Under the pieces are notes generated by a model. It was not told the DNA's origin, made no database searches, and worked only from the letters and a program-made list of their open reading frames with translations. Below are positions 1 through 10,547 of a stretch of 64,000 nt of DNA, one piece after another. The DNA comes from a virus (lineage: Duplodnaviria; Caudoviricetes): the IMG/VR virus record IMGVR_UViG_3300032050_000002. One strand, given 5' to 3'. The stretch's first letter is position 1. The number at the start of each line of letters is the position of its first letter. The translations under genes were made by a program, and so were the position numbers.

Positions 1-1092
1 AAATTAGAAGGTTTTTCATCAATTAGACAAGATGTTACAGAGCTTAAGAAAAAAGAGACGGAAATCCGTAATAGAATGAATGCGATTAATAAATCTAACG
101 CGGTTATTGAGTTTGATTTAGAAGGAAACATTATTTTCGCAAATAATTTATTTATAGAAACTATGGGATATTCTCAACAAGATGAACTATTTGGGAAACA
201 TCACAGAATTTTTATAGATGATGAATATGCAAAAAGTGAAGATTACTCTCTTTTTTGGAAAAAATTAAATGAGGGTATATTGTTTTCTGGAGAAATTGTT
301 AGAATCAAAAAAGACGGGTCTTTGGTACATTTACAAGCCACGTATAACCCTATTATTGGTGTGGATGGTAAAATTTATCGTATTATGAAAATCGCAACTG
401 ATGTAACTAATTCTTATGAACAAAAGAAAGAGATTGAGAAGAAAAACACTTACCTAGAACATGCTGCTAAAATATTGAGACATGATATGCACTCAGGAAT
501 TAATACTTATATGCCAAGAGGACTTAGTTCATTAGAACGTAGATTAAAACCTGAAGATATTGAGTTGTTAAAGATTGAATCACCTCTTAAAATGATTAAA
601 GAAGGTCTTAAACACTCACAAAAAGTTTATAAAGGTGTTTATGAGTTCACCAATCTTGTAAAGAAAGATGTTGTATTAAACAAATCTGAATGTAATGTAA
701 AGAATATCCTTAATGATTATTTATCATCGACCGCCTATATAAGTCAAGTCATATTAGAAGATAATTTACCAACGATTGAAATTAATGAAGCGTTGTTTTG
801 TACTGCGGTTGATAACCTAATAAGAAATGGTTTAAAGTATAATGACTCTGAAACAAAGTTTGTTAAGATATATTATGAAGGAGATTTAATTTTAATACAA
901 GATAATGGTAGAGGAATTACTCAAGAAGATTTTAATTATCTGTCTAAACCGTATACAAGAAAAGAAGGTCAAAAAGAATCAGGAACAGGGTTGGGATTAA
1001 ATATTTGTGTTGCAATTTTAGAAGAACACGGATTTACAATTACGTGCGAGAAAAACGAAATTGGGACTAAAATGAAAATAAAAATAAAATAA
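1..1092 (+). CDS. PAS-domain sensor histidine kinase (5' truncated by window edge)
   Basis: Frame is open from base 1 (KLEGFSSIRQDVTE..., the end of an earlier PAS/PAC). PAS repeat AVIEFDLEGNIIFAN...KIATDVT; H-box LRHDMHSG; HATPase boxes NLIRNGLKY, DNGRGI, GTGLGL. Confidence 0.9.
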   Translation, partial: KLEGFSSIRQDVTELKKKETEIRNRMNAINKSNAVIEFDLEGNIIFANNLFIETMGYSQQDELFGKHHRIFIDDEYAKSEDYSLFWKKLNEGILFSGEIVRIKKDGSLVHLQATYNPIIGVDGKIYRIMKIATDVTNSYEQKKEIEKKNTYLEHAAKILRHDMHSGINTYMPRGLSSLERRLKPEDIELLKIESPLKMIKEGLKHSQKVYKGVYEFTNLVKKDVVLNKSECNVKNILNDYLSSTAYISQVILEDNLPTIEINEALFCTAVDNLIRNGLKYNDSETKFVKIYYEGDLILIQDNGRGITQEDFNYLSKPYTRKEGQKESGTGLGLNICVAILEEHGFTITCEKNEIGTKMKIKIK

Positions 1093-1107
1093 AAAAAAAG
1101 AAAAAAA

Positions 1108-1539
1108 ATGATTGATTCAATTTTATTAGTTGATGACGAGGATTTATTCCATTTGGTTTTTGAGGATAGTTGTTCCTTATTAGACATTACATTGTCATTA
1201 AAAAGTTTAAATAGTTCTGATGAGGCGGCTAGGTTATTCGCCGATTGGCAAAAGAACTCAAGTGGTAGACCCGAATGTGTATTCGTTGACCTTAATATTA
1301 TAGGTTCATCCTTTGATGGTATTGAACTTATTCGTAAGATTAATTTTGAATACGGTAATAACGTAGTTATAGGTATTATATCTTCGAGTAACGAATCGGA
1401 AGAACAGGCAAAGGCTATTCAAGCGGGAGCTCAATTTTGGATAATAAAATCTGATGATATTGAACCTCGTTTAGAAGAGTTTAGAAAAGATTACGAAGGT
1501 TATAAAAATAGAACCTCACCTTTTAAGGTTTATAAATAA
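1108..1539 (+). CDS. Single-domain response regulator (receiver)
   Basis: LLVDDED acidic pocket, VFVDLNI phosphoacceptor Asp, ISSS, IIKS conserved Lys; directly follows the kinase. Confidence 0.9.
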   Translation: MIDSILLVDDEDLFHLVFEDSCSLLDITLSLKSLNSSDEAARLFADWQKNSSGRPECVFVDLNIIGSSFDGIELIRKINFEYGNNVVIGIISSSNESEEQAKAIQAGAQFWIIKSDDIEPRLEEFRKDYEGYKNRTSPFKVYK

Positions 1540-2219
1540 TGATTAAACTTAACAAAGAGACTAAATTACAATTAATAGAGTTATATAATACTAAAAATAT
1601 AACTTTGGAGGGAAATATTGCCAAAGTTATTGATACCGAAAACGATGAAGATTTTAAAAACTATATTGAATACTGTGTTAATAAAGATAGGGAGACTAGA
1701 AAGAGGCGTTTGGATATAACAAAACAGGTTCAATTACAAAACAAAGAATTATCTGACCTTAATTTGGAAAATACAAAAATTATGTCCGAATTACAAGAAA
1801 CTTTAAAAAATGTTGAGACTTCCAAAGAGGAGATTCAAAAACAAAATACTGAACTTGTTGAATGGAAAGAAAAAAATGAAAAAATTAGTTTAGAATTACA
1901 AAGTGAAATGGAAAAATCCGAACAAGCAAGACTTGAAGCGGAAAATGCCAAACAACACGCAATAAATGATTTAGATTTACTTCAGAAAAAAACTCAAACA
2001 GAACTTATCGGTAAAATTGTTAAAGTTGCTTTATGGGTAATCGTATCAGTCGGTATTGTAACAACATTAATGTATATTATCTCAATTTTTGCAAATAAAG
2101 ACACTCAAATGATAGGTTCAACATGGTCAAATATGTTTGGTATATTATTAACCAACGCTTTTAGTATCATAGGAACAATAATGGGTGTTAAATACGCTTC
2201 AGAAAAGAAAGAAGATTAA
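1539..2219 (+). CDS. Coiled-coil protein with two C-terminal transmembrane helices, translationally coupled to the response regulator
   Basis: TAATG overlap with the receiver gene; long E/K/Q heptad region; two hydrophobic segments near the C-terminus. Confidence 0.7.
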   Translation: MIKLNKETKLQLIELYNTKNITLEGNIAKVIDTENDEDFKNYIEYCVNKDRETRKRRLDITKQVQLQNKELSDLNLENTKIMSELQETLKNVETSKEEIQKQNTELVEWKEKNEKISLELQSEMEKSEQARLEAENAKQHAINDLDLLQKKTQTELIGKIVKVALWVIVSVGIVTTLMYIISIFANKDTQMIGSTWSNMFGILLTNAFSIIGTIMGVKYASEKKED

Positions 2220-2410
2220 GTTTTCTTTCTTGTTCTTTTTATTGTAGGTTTTTTATCTTCAGTCGGGTATTCTTTTTTATATTTCATATCAACTTCATAT
2301 GGGTTATTACCGTTTTTTTTAGTATCGTATTTCCAAGTTGATACCGTATATTCATCTTCATACACAACTTCCCATTTACGATGATTTTGTTTTTCAATTT
2401 TTGGTTTCAT
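2216..2410 (-). CDS. Hypothetical protein (probably leaderless early gene)
   Basis: ORF track; minus-strand TACATTTG-TAAA-ATG at 2422-2408. Confidence 0.6.
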   Translation of the reverse strand: MKPKIEKQNHRKWEVVYEDEYTVSTWKYDTKKNGNNPYEVDMKYKKEYPTEDKKPTIKRTRKKT

Positions 2411-2582
2411 TTTACAAATGTAATAATTTTTTTTTATATAAATACAAAAGAATATTTGTCAGGTGTATTTTTAATTTTATGACAAAATGACATAACAAAT
2501 AATTTGGCATAGAATTTAATATCTCGCGAACGGACTTGATTCCATAATAAAAAAATAATATAATTAAAAAAAACAGTAAACT

Positions 2583-4433
2583 ATGGGAAAAATTATAGGT
2601 ATTGACCTAGGAACAACAAATTCATGCGTTGCCGTAATGGAAGGTAACGAACCAGTCGTGATTACGAATAACGAAGGAAAAAGAACAACACCATCTATTG
2701 TTGGTTTTGTTAGTGAGGGTGAAAGAAAAATTGGAGACCCTGCAAAAAGACAATCGGTAACCAATCCGAATAAAACAATTTACTCAATTAAAAGATTTAT
2801 GGGCACTAATTTCACAGAGTCTAAAAGTGAGATAGAAAGAGTCCCTTATAAAGTAGTAAAAGGAGATAATAATACTCCAAGAGTTGAAATTGACGATAGA
2901 AAATATTCTCCACAGGAAATATCAGCAATGATTTTACAGAAAATGAAAAAAACCGCTGAAGATTATCTTGGAACTGAGGTTACTGAGGCGGTTATTACGG
3001 TACCGGCTTACTTTAACGATGCTCAAAGACAGGCAACAAAGGAGGCGGGTGAAATTGCAGGACTAACCGTAAAAAGAATTATCAACGAACCTACCGCAGC
3101 CGCCTTAGCCTACGGATTAGATAAGAAAGGTAAAGACCAAAAAATTGTTGTTTTTGATTGTGGTGGAGGAACTCACGATGTATCCGTATTAGAATTAGGT
3201 GATGGAGTGTTTGAAGTACTATCAACGGATGGAGATACTCATTTAGGCGGAGATGATTTTGACCAAGCGATTATTGATTGGTTAGTATCGGAATTTAAAA
3301 CCGAAAATGGGATTGATTTAACTAAAGATTCTATGGCGTTACAAAGATTGAAAGAATCCGCAGAAAAAGCGAAAGTAGAACTATCCTCAACAAGTTCTAC
3401 CGAGATTAACTTACCTTATATTATGCCGGTTGACGGTATCCCAAAACATTTGGTTAGAACGTTAACAAAATCTAAATTCGAACAATTAGTAGATAAATTA
3501 GTCGAAAGAACTATTGAACCTTGTAAATCGGCATTAAAAAATGCGGGATTAAAAACTGAAGAAATTGATGAAATTATTTTAGTTGGTGGAACAACAAGAA
3601 TTCCCGTAATTCAAGACGCAGTTAAAAAATTCTTCGGTAAAGAACCGTCAAAAGGAGTTAATCCTGATGAAGTAGTTGCGTTAGGAGCCGCTATCCAAGG
3701 TGGGGTTTTAGCTGGTGATGTTAAAGATGTTTTATTATTAGACGTTACCCCACTATCATTAGGTATTGAAACAATGGGTGGAGTTTTTACAAAACTTATA
3801 GAATCCAATACAACGATTCCAACTAAACGTTCGCAAGTATTCTCAACTGCCTCGGATAATCAACCAAGTGTTGAGATTCATGTATTACAGGGCGAAAGAG
3901 CGATGGCGAGAGATAATAAAACTATTGGTAAATTTTTCTTAGACGGAATTCCTCCGGCTATGAGAGGTACACCTCAAATTGAGGTTACATTTGATATTGA
4001 TGCAAATGGTATTATTAATGTATCCGCTTTAGATAAAGCAACTAACAAACAACAATCAATCAGAATTGAATCATCTTCAGGGTTGTCAAAAGAAGAAATT
4101 GAAAGGATGAAGAGGGATGCTGAATTAAATGCCGAAAGTGATAAAAAGGCCAAAGAAGATGTGGAGATTTTAAATATAGCGGATAGTACCGTGTTCAATA
4201 TCAAAAAATCTATGACAGATTTAGGTGAAAAAATAACTGAAGAACAAAAAAGTGAGATTAATTCTATAATTGATAAATTAACAGAGTCAATTTCTAAAAA
4301 AGAAATAGATACCGTAACAACTTTAGTTAATGAATTAAATGAAAAGTTTCATAAGATAAGTGAGGAACTTTATAAAACAGAAGAACCTTCAGATATTAAT
4401 CATAACGATGTAGAATTTGAAGAAGTTAAGTAA
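2583..4433 (+). CDS. dnaK: Chaperone DnaK (Hsp70)
   Basis: [33 protein letters not shown]-like, [18 protein letters not shown]; Bacteroidota-style C-terminal DVEFEEVK. Confidence 0.98.
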   Translation: MGKIIGIDLGTTNSCVAVMEGNEPVVITNNEGKRTTPSIVGFVSEGERKIGDPAKRQSVTNPNKTIYSIKRFMGTNFTESKSEIERVPYKVVKGDNNTPRVEIDDRKYSPQEISAMILQKMKKTAEDYLGTEVTEAVITVPAYFNDAQRQATKEAGEIAGLTVKRIINEPTAAALAYGLDKKGKDQKIVVFDCGGGTHDVSVLELGDGVFEVLSTDGDTHLGGDDFDQAIIDWLVSEFKTENGIDLTKDSMALQRLKESAEKAKVELSSTSSTEINLPYIMPVDGIPKHLVRTLTKSKFEQLVDKLVERTIEPCKSALKNAGLKTEEIDEIILVGGTTRIPVIQDAVKKFFGKEPSKGVNPDEVVALGAAIQGGVLAGDVKDVLLLDVTPLSLGIETMGGVFTKLIESNTTIPTKRSQVFSTASDNQPSVEIHVLQGERAMARDNKTIGKFFLDGIPPAMRGTPQIEVTFDIDANGIINVSALDKATNKQQSIRIESSSGLSKEEIERMKRDAELNAESDKKAKEDVEILNIADSTVFNIKKSMTDLGEKITEEQKSEINSIIDKLTESISKKEIDTVTTLVNELNEKFHKISEELYKTEEPSDINHNDVEFEEVK

Positions 4434-4437
4434 AATT

Positions 4438-4465
4438 AAAAACCCCTCAGTAGAGGGGTTTTTTG
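4438..4465. terminator. Bidirectional intrinsic terminator
   Basis: AAAACCCCTC-AGTA-GAGGGGTTTT hairpin between convergent genes. Confidence 0.8.
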
Positions 4466-4717
4466 TTAATTAGTGTCCTGTGTATTATCGGTTTTTTTTG
4501 TGGTTTTGTCTAAAAACTTTTCTACCACATTACCACCAATACAAACCAAAACAATAACTTTTACCGCATCAACAAGTTCTTCACTTGGTTTAATAGATTC
4601 GTGTTGATACGAATTTAGTAACATAGTTACTGCAATAAATAAAAATCCTAAGAAAGCTATAACTCTCTTAATTGAAGTGTCTCCACCTCCGAACATTGAT
4701 TTGATGAAATTTTTCAT
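4466..4717 (-). CDS. Small two-TM membrane protein, holin-like
   Basis: Two hydrophobic helices and a charged C-terminal tail. Confidence 0.5.
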   Translation of the reverse strand: MKNFIKSMFGGGDTSIKRVIAFLGFLFIAVTMLLNSYQHESIKPSEELVDAVKVIVLVCIGGNVVEKFLDKTTKKTDNTQDTN

Positions 4718-4768
4718 AATTATTATTTTTTATAATAAATATTTACTTTTCATCAAAAGTCTTTTATA

Positions 4769-4903
4769 TTAACGACCTTGACCTCTGTATGATTTTGGTT
4801 TCTGTTCTTTTGGTCCGTAATGTTTTTTTAATTTACCAACTTTCTTTTTACCGAAAGAAATTTTAGTTGATTTAGTTGTTCCTTTTGACTTAGTTGTTGC
4901 CAT
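4769..4903 (-). CDS. 44-aa highly basic protein ending YRGQGR (missed by ORF track)
   Basis: Manual translation: MATTKSKGTTKSTKISFGKKKVGKLKKHYGPKEQKPKSYRGQGR*; TATTTAT motif upstream on the same strand (4929-4923). Confidence 0.75.
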   Translation of the reverse strand: MATTKSKGTTKSTKISFGKKKVGKLKKHYGPKEQKPKSYRGQGR

Positions 4904-5017
4904 AATTTATATATTTTTTAATATAAATATATTGAAATAAAAAAGGGGATAGTAGCGAACTTCCCCTTTTTCTGTTATCGTAACGATAACGGTCCTAAAA
5001 GTCCTCAGTTAAGAGGA

Positions 5018-5521
5018 TTATTTTTCTTTAATCAACATTAAACATCTCTTTAAATATTCTTTAGCTCTTGGAGTTGGGTCAGAGTGATTCAATACCTTTT
5101 CAATATCTTTGACTAATTCTTCACCATGTTCATTTTCTTTATAAAGTTCTATCACTTTATCCATAGCTCTGTGACAATCATTATTTGTCTCATCAAAATA
5201 ATGTTTATTTCTATAATTTCTTAAATGATTTAACAATTCATAAGATAAGTGTTCACCACCATCAGAAATATTTGGATGTAATCTTAGAGTTCTTAAAATG
5301 TCTAAAGTGTCAATCATTCCTTTTATACCCCCACGTCTTTTTTTAACGTTAGATGTATAATCATTGTAATCGTCAGAAGTTCCAACAATTTCATCCAAAG
5401 GCATTGTGTTGTCAGTTAAACATCTTGGTTTTTTTTCTTCTTTTTCTTCACCCATTTCTTCCAATAGGTGTTTTCTGATTACTTTACGAATATCAGATTC
5501 TTTTATCTTAATTTTTTTCAT
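5018..5521 (-). CDS. Hypothetical protein with IKES/LLEE leader
   Basis: ORF track; N-terminus MKKIKIKESDIRKVIRKHLLEE. Confidence 0.7.
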   Translation of the reverse strand: MKKIKIKESDIRKVIRKHLLEEMGEEKEEKKPRCLTDNTMPLDEIVGTSDDYNDYTSNVKKRRGGIKGMIDTLDILRTLRLHPNISDGGEHLSYELLNHLRNYRNKHYFDETNNDCHRAMDKVIELYKENEHGEELVKDIEKVLNHSDPTPRAKEYLKRCLMLIKEK

Positions 5522-5565
5522 AATTAAATATTATTATACACATATAAATATATCTATAATAAGAA

Positions 5566-5760
5566 TTAATCAAGATTTTTTTCGTTAATCTGAACGGTCT
5601 TTTCGAGCCAAATATCAAATATCATAAAATAAACCCACCAAGTTAGTTTTTGAAACTCAACCCCTGAAGAGTCTTTCCACGACACAAATAATAAGTAAAC
5701 AATATTAATCATAATTGCTAACCTTATTATCACTAATATAAAAATAAAAAAGTTTTTCAT
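5566..5760 (-). CDS. Small membrane protein
   Basis: Two hydrophobic segments; start moved to MKNFFIF. Confidence 0.5.
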   Translation of the reverse strand: MKNFFIFILVIIRLAIMINIVYLLFVSWKDSSGVEFQKLTWWVYFMIFDIWLEKTVQINEKNLD

Positions 5761-5761
5761 T

Positions 5762-6187
5762 TTAATGTAATTTAATTTCAAATCTATCTTTCATCTGTTC
5801 GATTTTATCATCAGGAACTCCGTGAACATTCTCTCCATTATGTCTATTTTCAACAATGATAGTAAACACTTTATAACCATATTTTTTCGACAGTTCAAAA
5901 TAATGTGTCATTTCCCACTCCATAGTAAAAGTGTTAGAAACTACAATCTCACGATACCATTGGTCGTTAACCATACTATCTTTCATATAAGTCTCAACTA
6001 AATCCTGACAATACTTATGAGCATCTTTTATCTTAGACCCATCGAACTTATATTCACCTGTTTCTTTATCAATAAAATATTTGTCCGCCTCACACACCAA
6101 AAAATCTGAATTAACCAATTTTTTAGCGAATGTTGATTTACCACTACCAGGTAATCCACGAACTATGTATAAAACTTTTTCATCCAT
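5762..6187 (-). CDS. P-loop kinase (AAA_33 / polynucleotide-kinase-like)
   Basis: IVRGLPGSGKST Walker A, CEADKYF, VVSNTF, HGVP motifs. Confidence 0.85.
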   Translation of the reverse strand: MDEKVLYIVRGLPGSGKSTFAKKLVNSDFLVCEADKYFIDKETGEYKFDGSKIKDAHKYCQDLVETYMKDSMVNDQWYREIVVSNTFTMEWEMTHYFELSKKYGYKVFTIIVENRHNGENVHGVPDDKIEQMKDRFEIKLH

Positions 6188-6227
6188 AATACAATTATAA
6201 GGATATTTATTTGGAAAGACAAATATT

Positions 6228-6809
6228 ATGGAATCAACACCAATGAAATTAGTTAAAAATACAAAGGTATCTGATGAGTTAATGTATCATATTGTTAATG
6301 AAATACCTTTATCTGAAAATATATTTAGAGTTTACTCCGATAAATTTTTTGACCTTATAAATGAAGTTAGAAACTTATATAATAAAAACTTAATTAGTTT
6401 AGGTGAAGATGATATATGGATAATGGAGTCTGATTTAGGTAAAAAAGTGTTACTTGAAAATGGTGAAGAGGTTTGGCTTGACGCTCCAATGTATGAAGAA
6501 GATTTAGAAGAAGTTTTAAATGAGGCAAAACATAGAGGTAAAAATGTAAAATTAGGTAGTCCATTTAGAACGCCAGGAGGACCTAAAAAGTTTGCCGTAT
6601 ATGTTAAAACACCAAAAGGAACTGTTAAAAAAGTTACATTTGGAGACCCTAATTTAAGAATTAAAAATGCTAGTAAGGGTAGAGCAAAATCATTTAGGGC
6701 AAGACACAAATGCGACCAAAAGAAAGATAGGACTACCGCAGGATATTGGAGTTGTAATGTATCAAGATATCGTAAAAAATTGGGGTTAAAGTCTTCAAGG
6801 AGTTGGTAA
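6228..6809 (+). CDS. Conserved phage protein (DUF6321-like basic C-terminal domain)
   Basis: KKFAVYVK...VTFGDP...RAKSFRARHKC...AGYWSC pattern recalled from large phages. Confidence 0.65.
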   Translation: MESTPMKLVKNTKVSDELMYHIVNEIPLSENIFRVYSDKFFDLINEVRNLYNKNLISLGEDDIWIMESDLGKKVLLENGEEVWLDAPMYEEDLEEVLNEAKHRGKNVKLGSPFRTPGGPKKFAVYVKTPKGTVKKVTFGDPNLRIKNASKGRAKSFRARHKCDQKKDRTTAGYWSCNVSRYRKKLGLKSSRSW

Positions 6810-6810
6810 T

Positions 6811-7392
6811 ATGAAAAAAGAAAAATTAATTAATTTTATTAACTATTATTTTAAAGAATTCGGTAATCAACAAATTATCGATGAATACTCTATTGACCAC
6901 GATATTGATATATATGTTCACGACATTAGAAAAGGTAATGACGGTAAATTTTGGATTTTTATTGATAGTGAACCAATAAGATTAGAACATTCTATTGAAG
7001 ATGATGACGGCGAGACTGTTTCTTTTAGTGATGTTGTTTGGGAAGAGTTAAAAACTTGTTTATCCCATCTTGGACTTGACATTTGGAATTTTAGATATTT
7101 TTTTAATAAGAGAACTCTTATGCCTAATGTACCATTCGACCAAATTAGTATTTCTGAAAATACTAAAGTTAGAGTTTTTAAAGAGTCTGTTGAAAGTGAT
7201 GAATTGAAATGGCATAGAGATAGAGAAAATAGAATAGTTGAGGTAATTGAAAGTAATAATTGGTTCTTACAAATGGATAACGAATTACCAAAAAAATTAC
7301 TTAAAGGTAAAAAATATCACATACCTGAAGGCGTTTTCCACAGAGTAATTAAAGGTAAAGGTGACCTAAAAATAAAAGTCACCCTTAAATAA
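6811..7392 (+). CDS. Hypothetical protein with C-terminal cupin-like region
   Basis: ELKWHRDRENR...QMDNELP...IPEGVFHRVIKG. Confidence 0.55.
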   Translation: MKKEKLINFINYYFKEFGNQQIIDEYSIDHDIDIYVHDIRKGNDGKFWIFIDSEPIRLEHSIEDDDGETVSFSDVVWEELKTCLSHLGLDIWNFRYFFNKRTLMPNVPFDQISISENTKVRVFKESVESDELKWHRDRENRIVEVIESNNWFLQMDNELPKKLLKGKKYHIPEGVFHRVIKGKGDLKIKVTLK

Positions 7393-7396
7393 CCCC

Positions 7397-8428
7397 CTAT
7401 TTATTAAAACGATTAAGAGCGTTTTGAGTAATAAAAACATACTCAGAACCCTTAAATTCTTCAAGTGTATTAGAGTTGGTGTAAGACATCGCCGACCTTA
7501 AATAGTCCTCTAAATTCTCAACCCACCCACTTAAAGTGTATTCCACTTTATTTGTTTTACTTATCCCTTCAGATGTTTTTAGTTCTGTTTTACCCCACTT
7601 ATCTTGAACTTCTTTGGTACTCATACCTCTAAAACCCTTATACAAATATTTCTTTAGTAATGGCATTTCTTCCCAAATTATCTTAGAATATGTTTGATTA
7701 ATTGGTATTAGATTAAATAACATTGTTGTAGAACAAGATTCTAAAGTTTTATTTAATACTCCACCCAACATAACATAATCAGCACCTAAAGCCAATGCTT
7801 TTATAATATCATCATAATTTCTAAAACCACCGTCAGCAATTATTTTTGTTTTATAACCACCATATTCTTTAATTCTGTAACATTCTGAGATTAGAGATGC
7901 CATTGGATAATGAACGCCTGTATTTGCCGAAGTTAAACATCCGCTACCACCACCAATACCGACTCTAACATAATCAACTCCAATTTCGCAAAACTTTTCA
8001 AATGTGTTAGGGTTTGCAATATTACCAACCATTATCTGATGTTTATCAGATTTTCTAATTTTAGTAAATCTCTCGGATAATTCGTGTAATTTTTTCATAT
8101 GACCATTTGCAATATCAACCAAAAATCTTGTTGTCTCAGATTCAATACTACCATCTTCATACCAATTAACAACCTCTTCAAAATCTGATAATGATATTGA
8201 ATTAAATGGTTCACTTCTTTCTGAAAATACGCCTCTCGGTAAACAGACCTCTAATGCTTGGTCTAAAAATAAACTACAATTTTCTTCATCAACAACGGTA
8301 TCCATTGGTGAAACCATAATTGGTAAATTACCATTTTCATTATAAGGATTAATTTCTTTTCTTGAATTAACCGAACTAATTGCTTCAGGAACTAATGTAA
8401 TGTCCTTAAAATCAAACTTTTTATTCAT
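7397..8428 (-). CDS. IMP dehydrogenase / GMP reductase family enzyme (no CBS domains)
   Basis: VDIANGH, VGNIAN, VRVGIGGGSGCLTS catalytic Cys loop, IIADGG, GADYVMLG, FRGMS. Confidence 0.9.
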   Translation of the reverse strand: MNKKFDFKDITLVPEAISSVNSRKEINPYNENGNLPIMVSPMDTVVDEENCSLFLDQALEVCLPRGVFSERSEPFNSISLSDFEEVVNWYEDGSIESETTRFLVDIANGHMKKLHELSERFTKIRKSDKHQIMVGNIANPNTFEKFCEIGVDYVRVGIGGGSGCLTSANTGVHYPMASLISECYRIKEYGGYKTKIIADGGFRNYDDIIKALALGADYVMLGGVLNKTLESCSTTMLFNLIPINQTYSKIIWEEMPLLKKYLYKGFRGMSTKEVQDKWGKTELKTSEGISKTNKVEYTLSGWVENLEDYLRSAMSYTNSNTLEEFKGSEYVFITQNALNRFNK

Positions 8429-8507
8429 AATTAACTAATTGATAATCAATTATAATAAATTTTTTTGTAATAACCAAAATTTAATAAAAAATTCGTATCT
8501 TTGTATT

Positions 8508-9065
8508 ATGAAAAGAGGTAGACTATTAATAAGAACAATAATAAGAGATATTGTTAATATTGTTAAAAATAAAAAAACGGGTTTAATTTATCTACCTGAA
8601 GATAATGATTTTTATTCTGTTGGCAGATTCCCTGTTCAAGTTGGAGTTGAGGTGACGTTAAAACATAACCTAAATTCAGACAATTTTATTGTTAACGCTT
8701 ATTATTCTACCGAAGATGATGTAGTTGAGGTATTAGTTATGTTTAACCCAAATACATTAGAAAAAAATATGTATGACTTAATTGGTGAGTTAAATGAAGT
8801 TGTTACGCACGAATTACAACACTCAATACAAAACTATAACGGTGAATTGGATGATAGAGATAATGAAGATTTACCACCATTGGAATATTATCTTTTACCT
8901 GAAGAACTTGATGCTCAATCAAAAGGTTTTAAAAGATTATCAAAATTAACAAAAACACCTGCCGAGATATTGATTAAAAAATGGTTTGTAAAACATTTAG
9001 ATATACACAATTTAACTGATGAAGAACAGAAAATTGTAACCGATTCTATATTGGAAAATATGTAA
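8508..9065 (+). CDS. Hypothetical protein with HELQH zincin-like motif
   Basis: THELQH plus later EELDA; start reassigned to the ATG after TATCTTTG-TATT. Confidence 0.6.
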   Translation: MKRGRLLIRTIIRDIVNIVKNKKTGLIYLPEDNDFYSVGRFPVQVGVEVTLKHNLNSDNFIVNAYYSTEDDVVEVLVMFNPNTLEKNMYDLIGELNEVVTHELQHSIQNYNGELDDRDNEDLPPLEYYLLPEELDAQSKGFKRLSKLTKTPAEILIKKWFVKHLDIHNLTDEEQKIVTDSILENM

Positions 9066-9698
9066 TTATTTTCCTTTAAATCTTCTAACTACCTTAGTTA
9101 TTAATTCTTTTAATACGATACCTGATACAGTTAATACTCCAAATCCTGTTAATCTTGTTACCAATTCTTTTATATCTTTGGAATCTGCACCAGTTTTTGC
9201 CATATCATATAACATAGGTAGTAATGGTAAAATAAATGTGTAACTTAGAATGTTAGTTACTTTGTGTAATGTAATACCTAAACTACCAATAAACTCGACA
9301 AATACTTTTTTAAGTTCTCTACTTTTTCTTAGATATTTTTTAAAAGACTCAGTTAATCCTTTTTCTTTTATTATTGTGGTAATTTTATTTACCAAAGATT
9401 TGTTATCAATATAATAAGAGGCAATAATCCCTGTTAATATTAAACTAATATCTAAATCTGAAAATTCTGGGTTTTGATTAGCAATAAAGTCATTTAAAGG
9501 ACCTACAAATCCCCCAATACTTGCTCCCCAAGTGAGTAAAAATTCTAAATTTAAACCTATTTGAGATGATGATTTACTTATAATATCTTTAACTAAATCA
9601 TAGTTTCTTTTGATAACCTCAGAGAAATTACCTCCACCACCACCTTCATTTATAAGTCTTCTTTTTTGACTTTCAGTTATAATAATTGTAATTGCCAT
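9066..9698 (-). CDS. Hypothetical membrane-associated protein with ITES/LINE leader
   Basis: Start reassigned to MAITIIITESQKRRLINE; several hydrophobic segments. Confidence 0.6.
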   Translation of the reverse strand: MAITIIITESQKRRLINEGGGGGNFSEVIKRNYDLVKDIISKSSSQIGLNLEFLLTWGASIGGFVGPLNDFIANQNPEFSDLDISLILTGIIASYYIDNKSLVNKITTIIKEKGLTESFKKYLRKSRELKKVFVEFIGSLGITLHKVTNILSYTFILPLLPMLYDMAKTGADSKDIKELVTRLTGFGVLTVSGIVLKELITKVVRRFKGK

Positions 9699-9744
9699 AC
9701 GATATATAAATACTTTGAATATATTTATTATTAAAAATAAATTT

Positions 9745-10044
9745 ATGGAAAGAAATCCGAGTTTAAAAGAAGGAGATAGAGTTGTCCTAATACATATGGA
9801 TGGTGAATCACTACCTCCATTCACAAGAGGAGTTGTTGGAGATAATGGTCAAAGAGTTCAAGGAATTGTACAATATAAAATGGAATGGGAAGATGTTGAA
9901 AGCGGTAGAAACTATTCTTTAATAAGTAATGTGGATAAATGGGTATTAGAATCCGATTTTGAAGAAGACCTTAGAAATAGAAGAAAAAAAAGATTAGGAG
10001 AAACTTCCTATAAACGTAATATTTATAGAAAAACAAAATTATGA
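9745..10044 (+). CDS. Hypothetical protein (SH3-like beta pattern)
   Basis: LKEGDRVVLIHM...TRGVV...YKMEWED; start reassigned after TATTTAT. Confidence 0.5.
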   Translation: MERNPSLKEGDRVVLIHMDGESLPPFTRGVVGDNGQRVQGIVQYKMEWEDVESGRNYSLISNVDKWVLESDFEEDLRNRRKKRLGETSYKRNIYRKTKL

Positions 10045-10511
10045 ACGCATACTTTTTTAAAATGACAAATGAGGAAAGAAAAAACATCCTAGACCAACAT
10101 AAAGACCTTTATGATGGTTATGTAACAAGATATAATCAATCAAATGAACAACCTTTATATGTTCAAGACTTTGCAAATGATAAAGCGGGAATCACCGTTA
10201 ATAATAAAGGTGAGGTTGGTGAATATCGTAATATGAGAATAAATGAAGATGCTCATATTAGTTCCGAATTAACTCCATCTCAAAATATCGAGACTAGTGT
10301 CCCATTAGAAGATGATGAATTCACAGGACTTGACACCATAGGAGACGGCGATTATGATTTAGAACACGGAACATTTGGTCATGAAGACAAATCTACTGAG
10401 TTTGAATTAAAATTAGATGATTTAGAAAATTTAGATGAAGAAGAAATTTCATCTTTAACAGAGAGTGTAAATAAAAGTTTAGATATGTTTAAACGTTTTA
10501 AAAACTATTAA
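10041..10511 (+). CDS. Hypothetical acidic protein
   Basis: ORF track. Confidence 0.65.
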   Translation: MNAYFFKMTNEERKNILDQHKDLYDGYVTRYNQSNEQPLYVQDFANDKAGITVNNKGEVGEYRNMRINEDAHISSELTPSQNIETSVPLEDDEFTGLDTIGDGDYDLEHGTFGHEDKSTEFELKLDDLENLDEEEISSLTESVNKSLDMFKRFKNY

Positions 10512-10547
10512 TTTAGTTTATTAAAAAGTTATTTAATATTTTAAATT

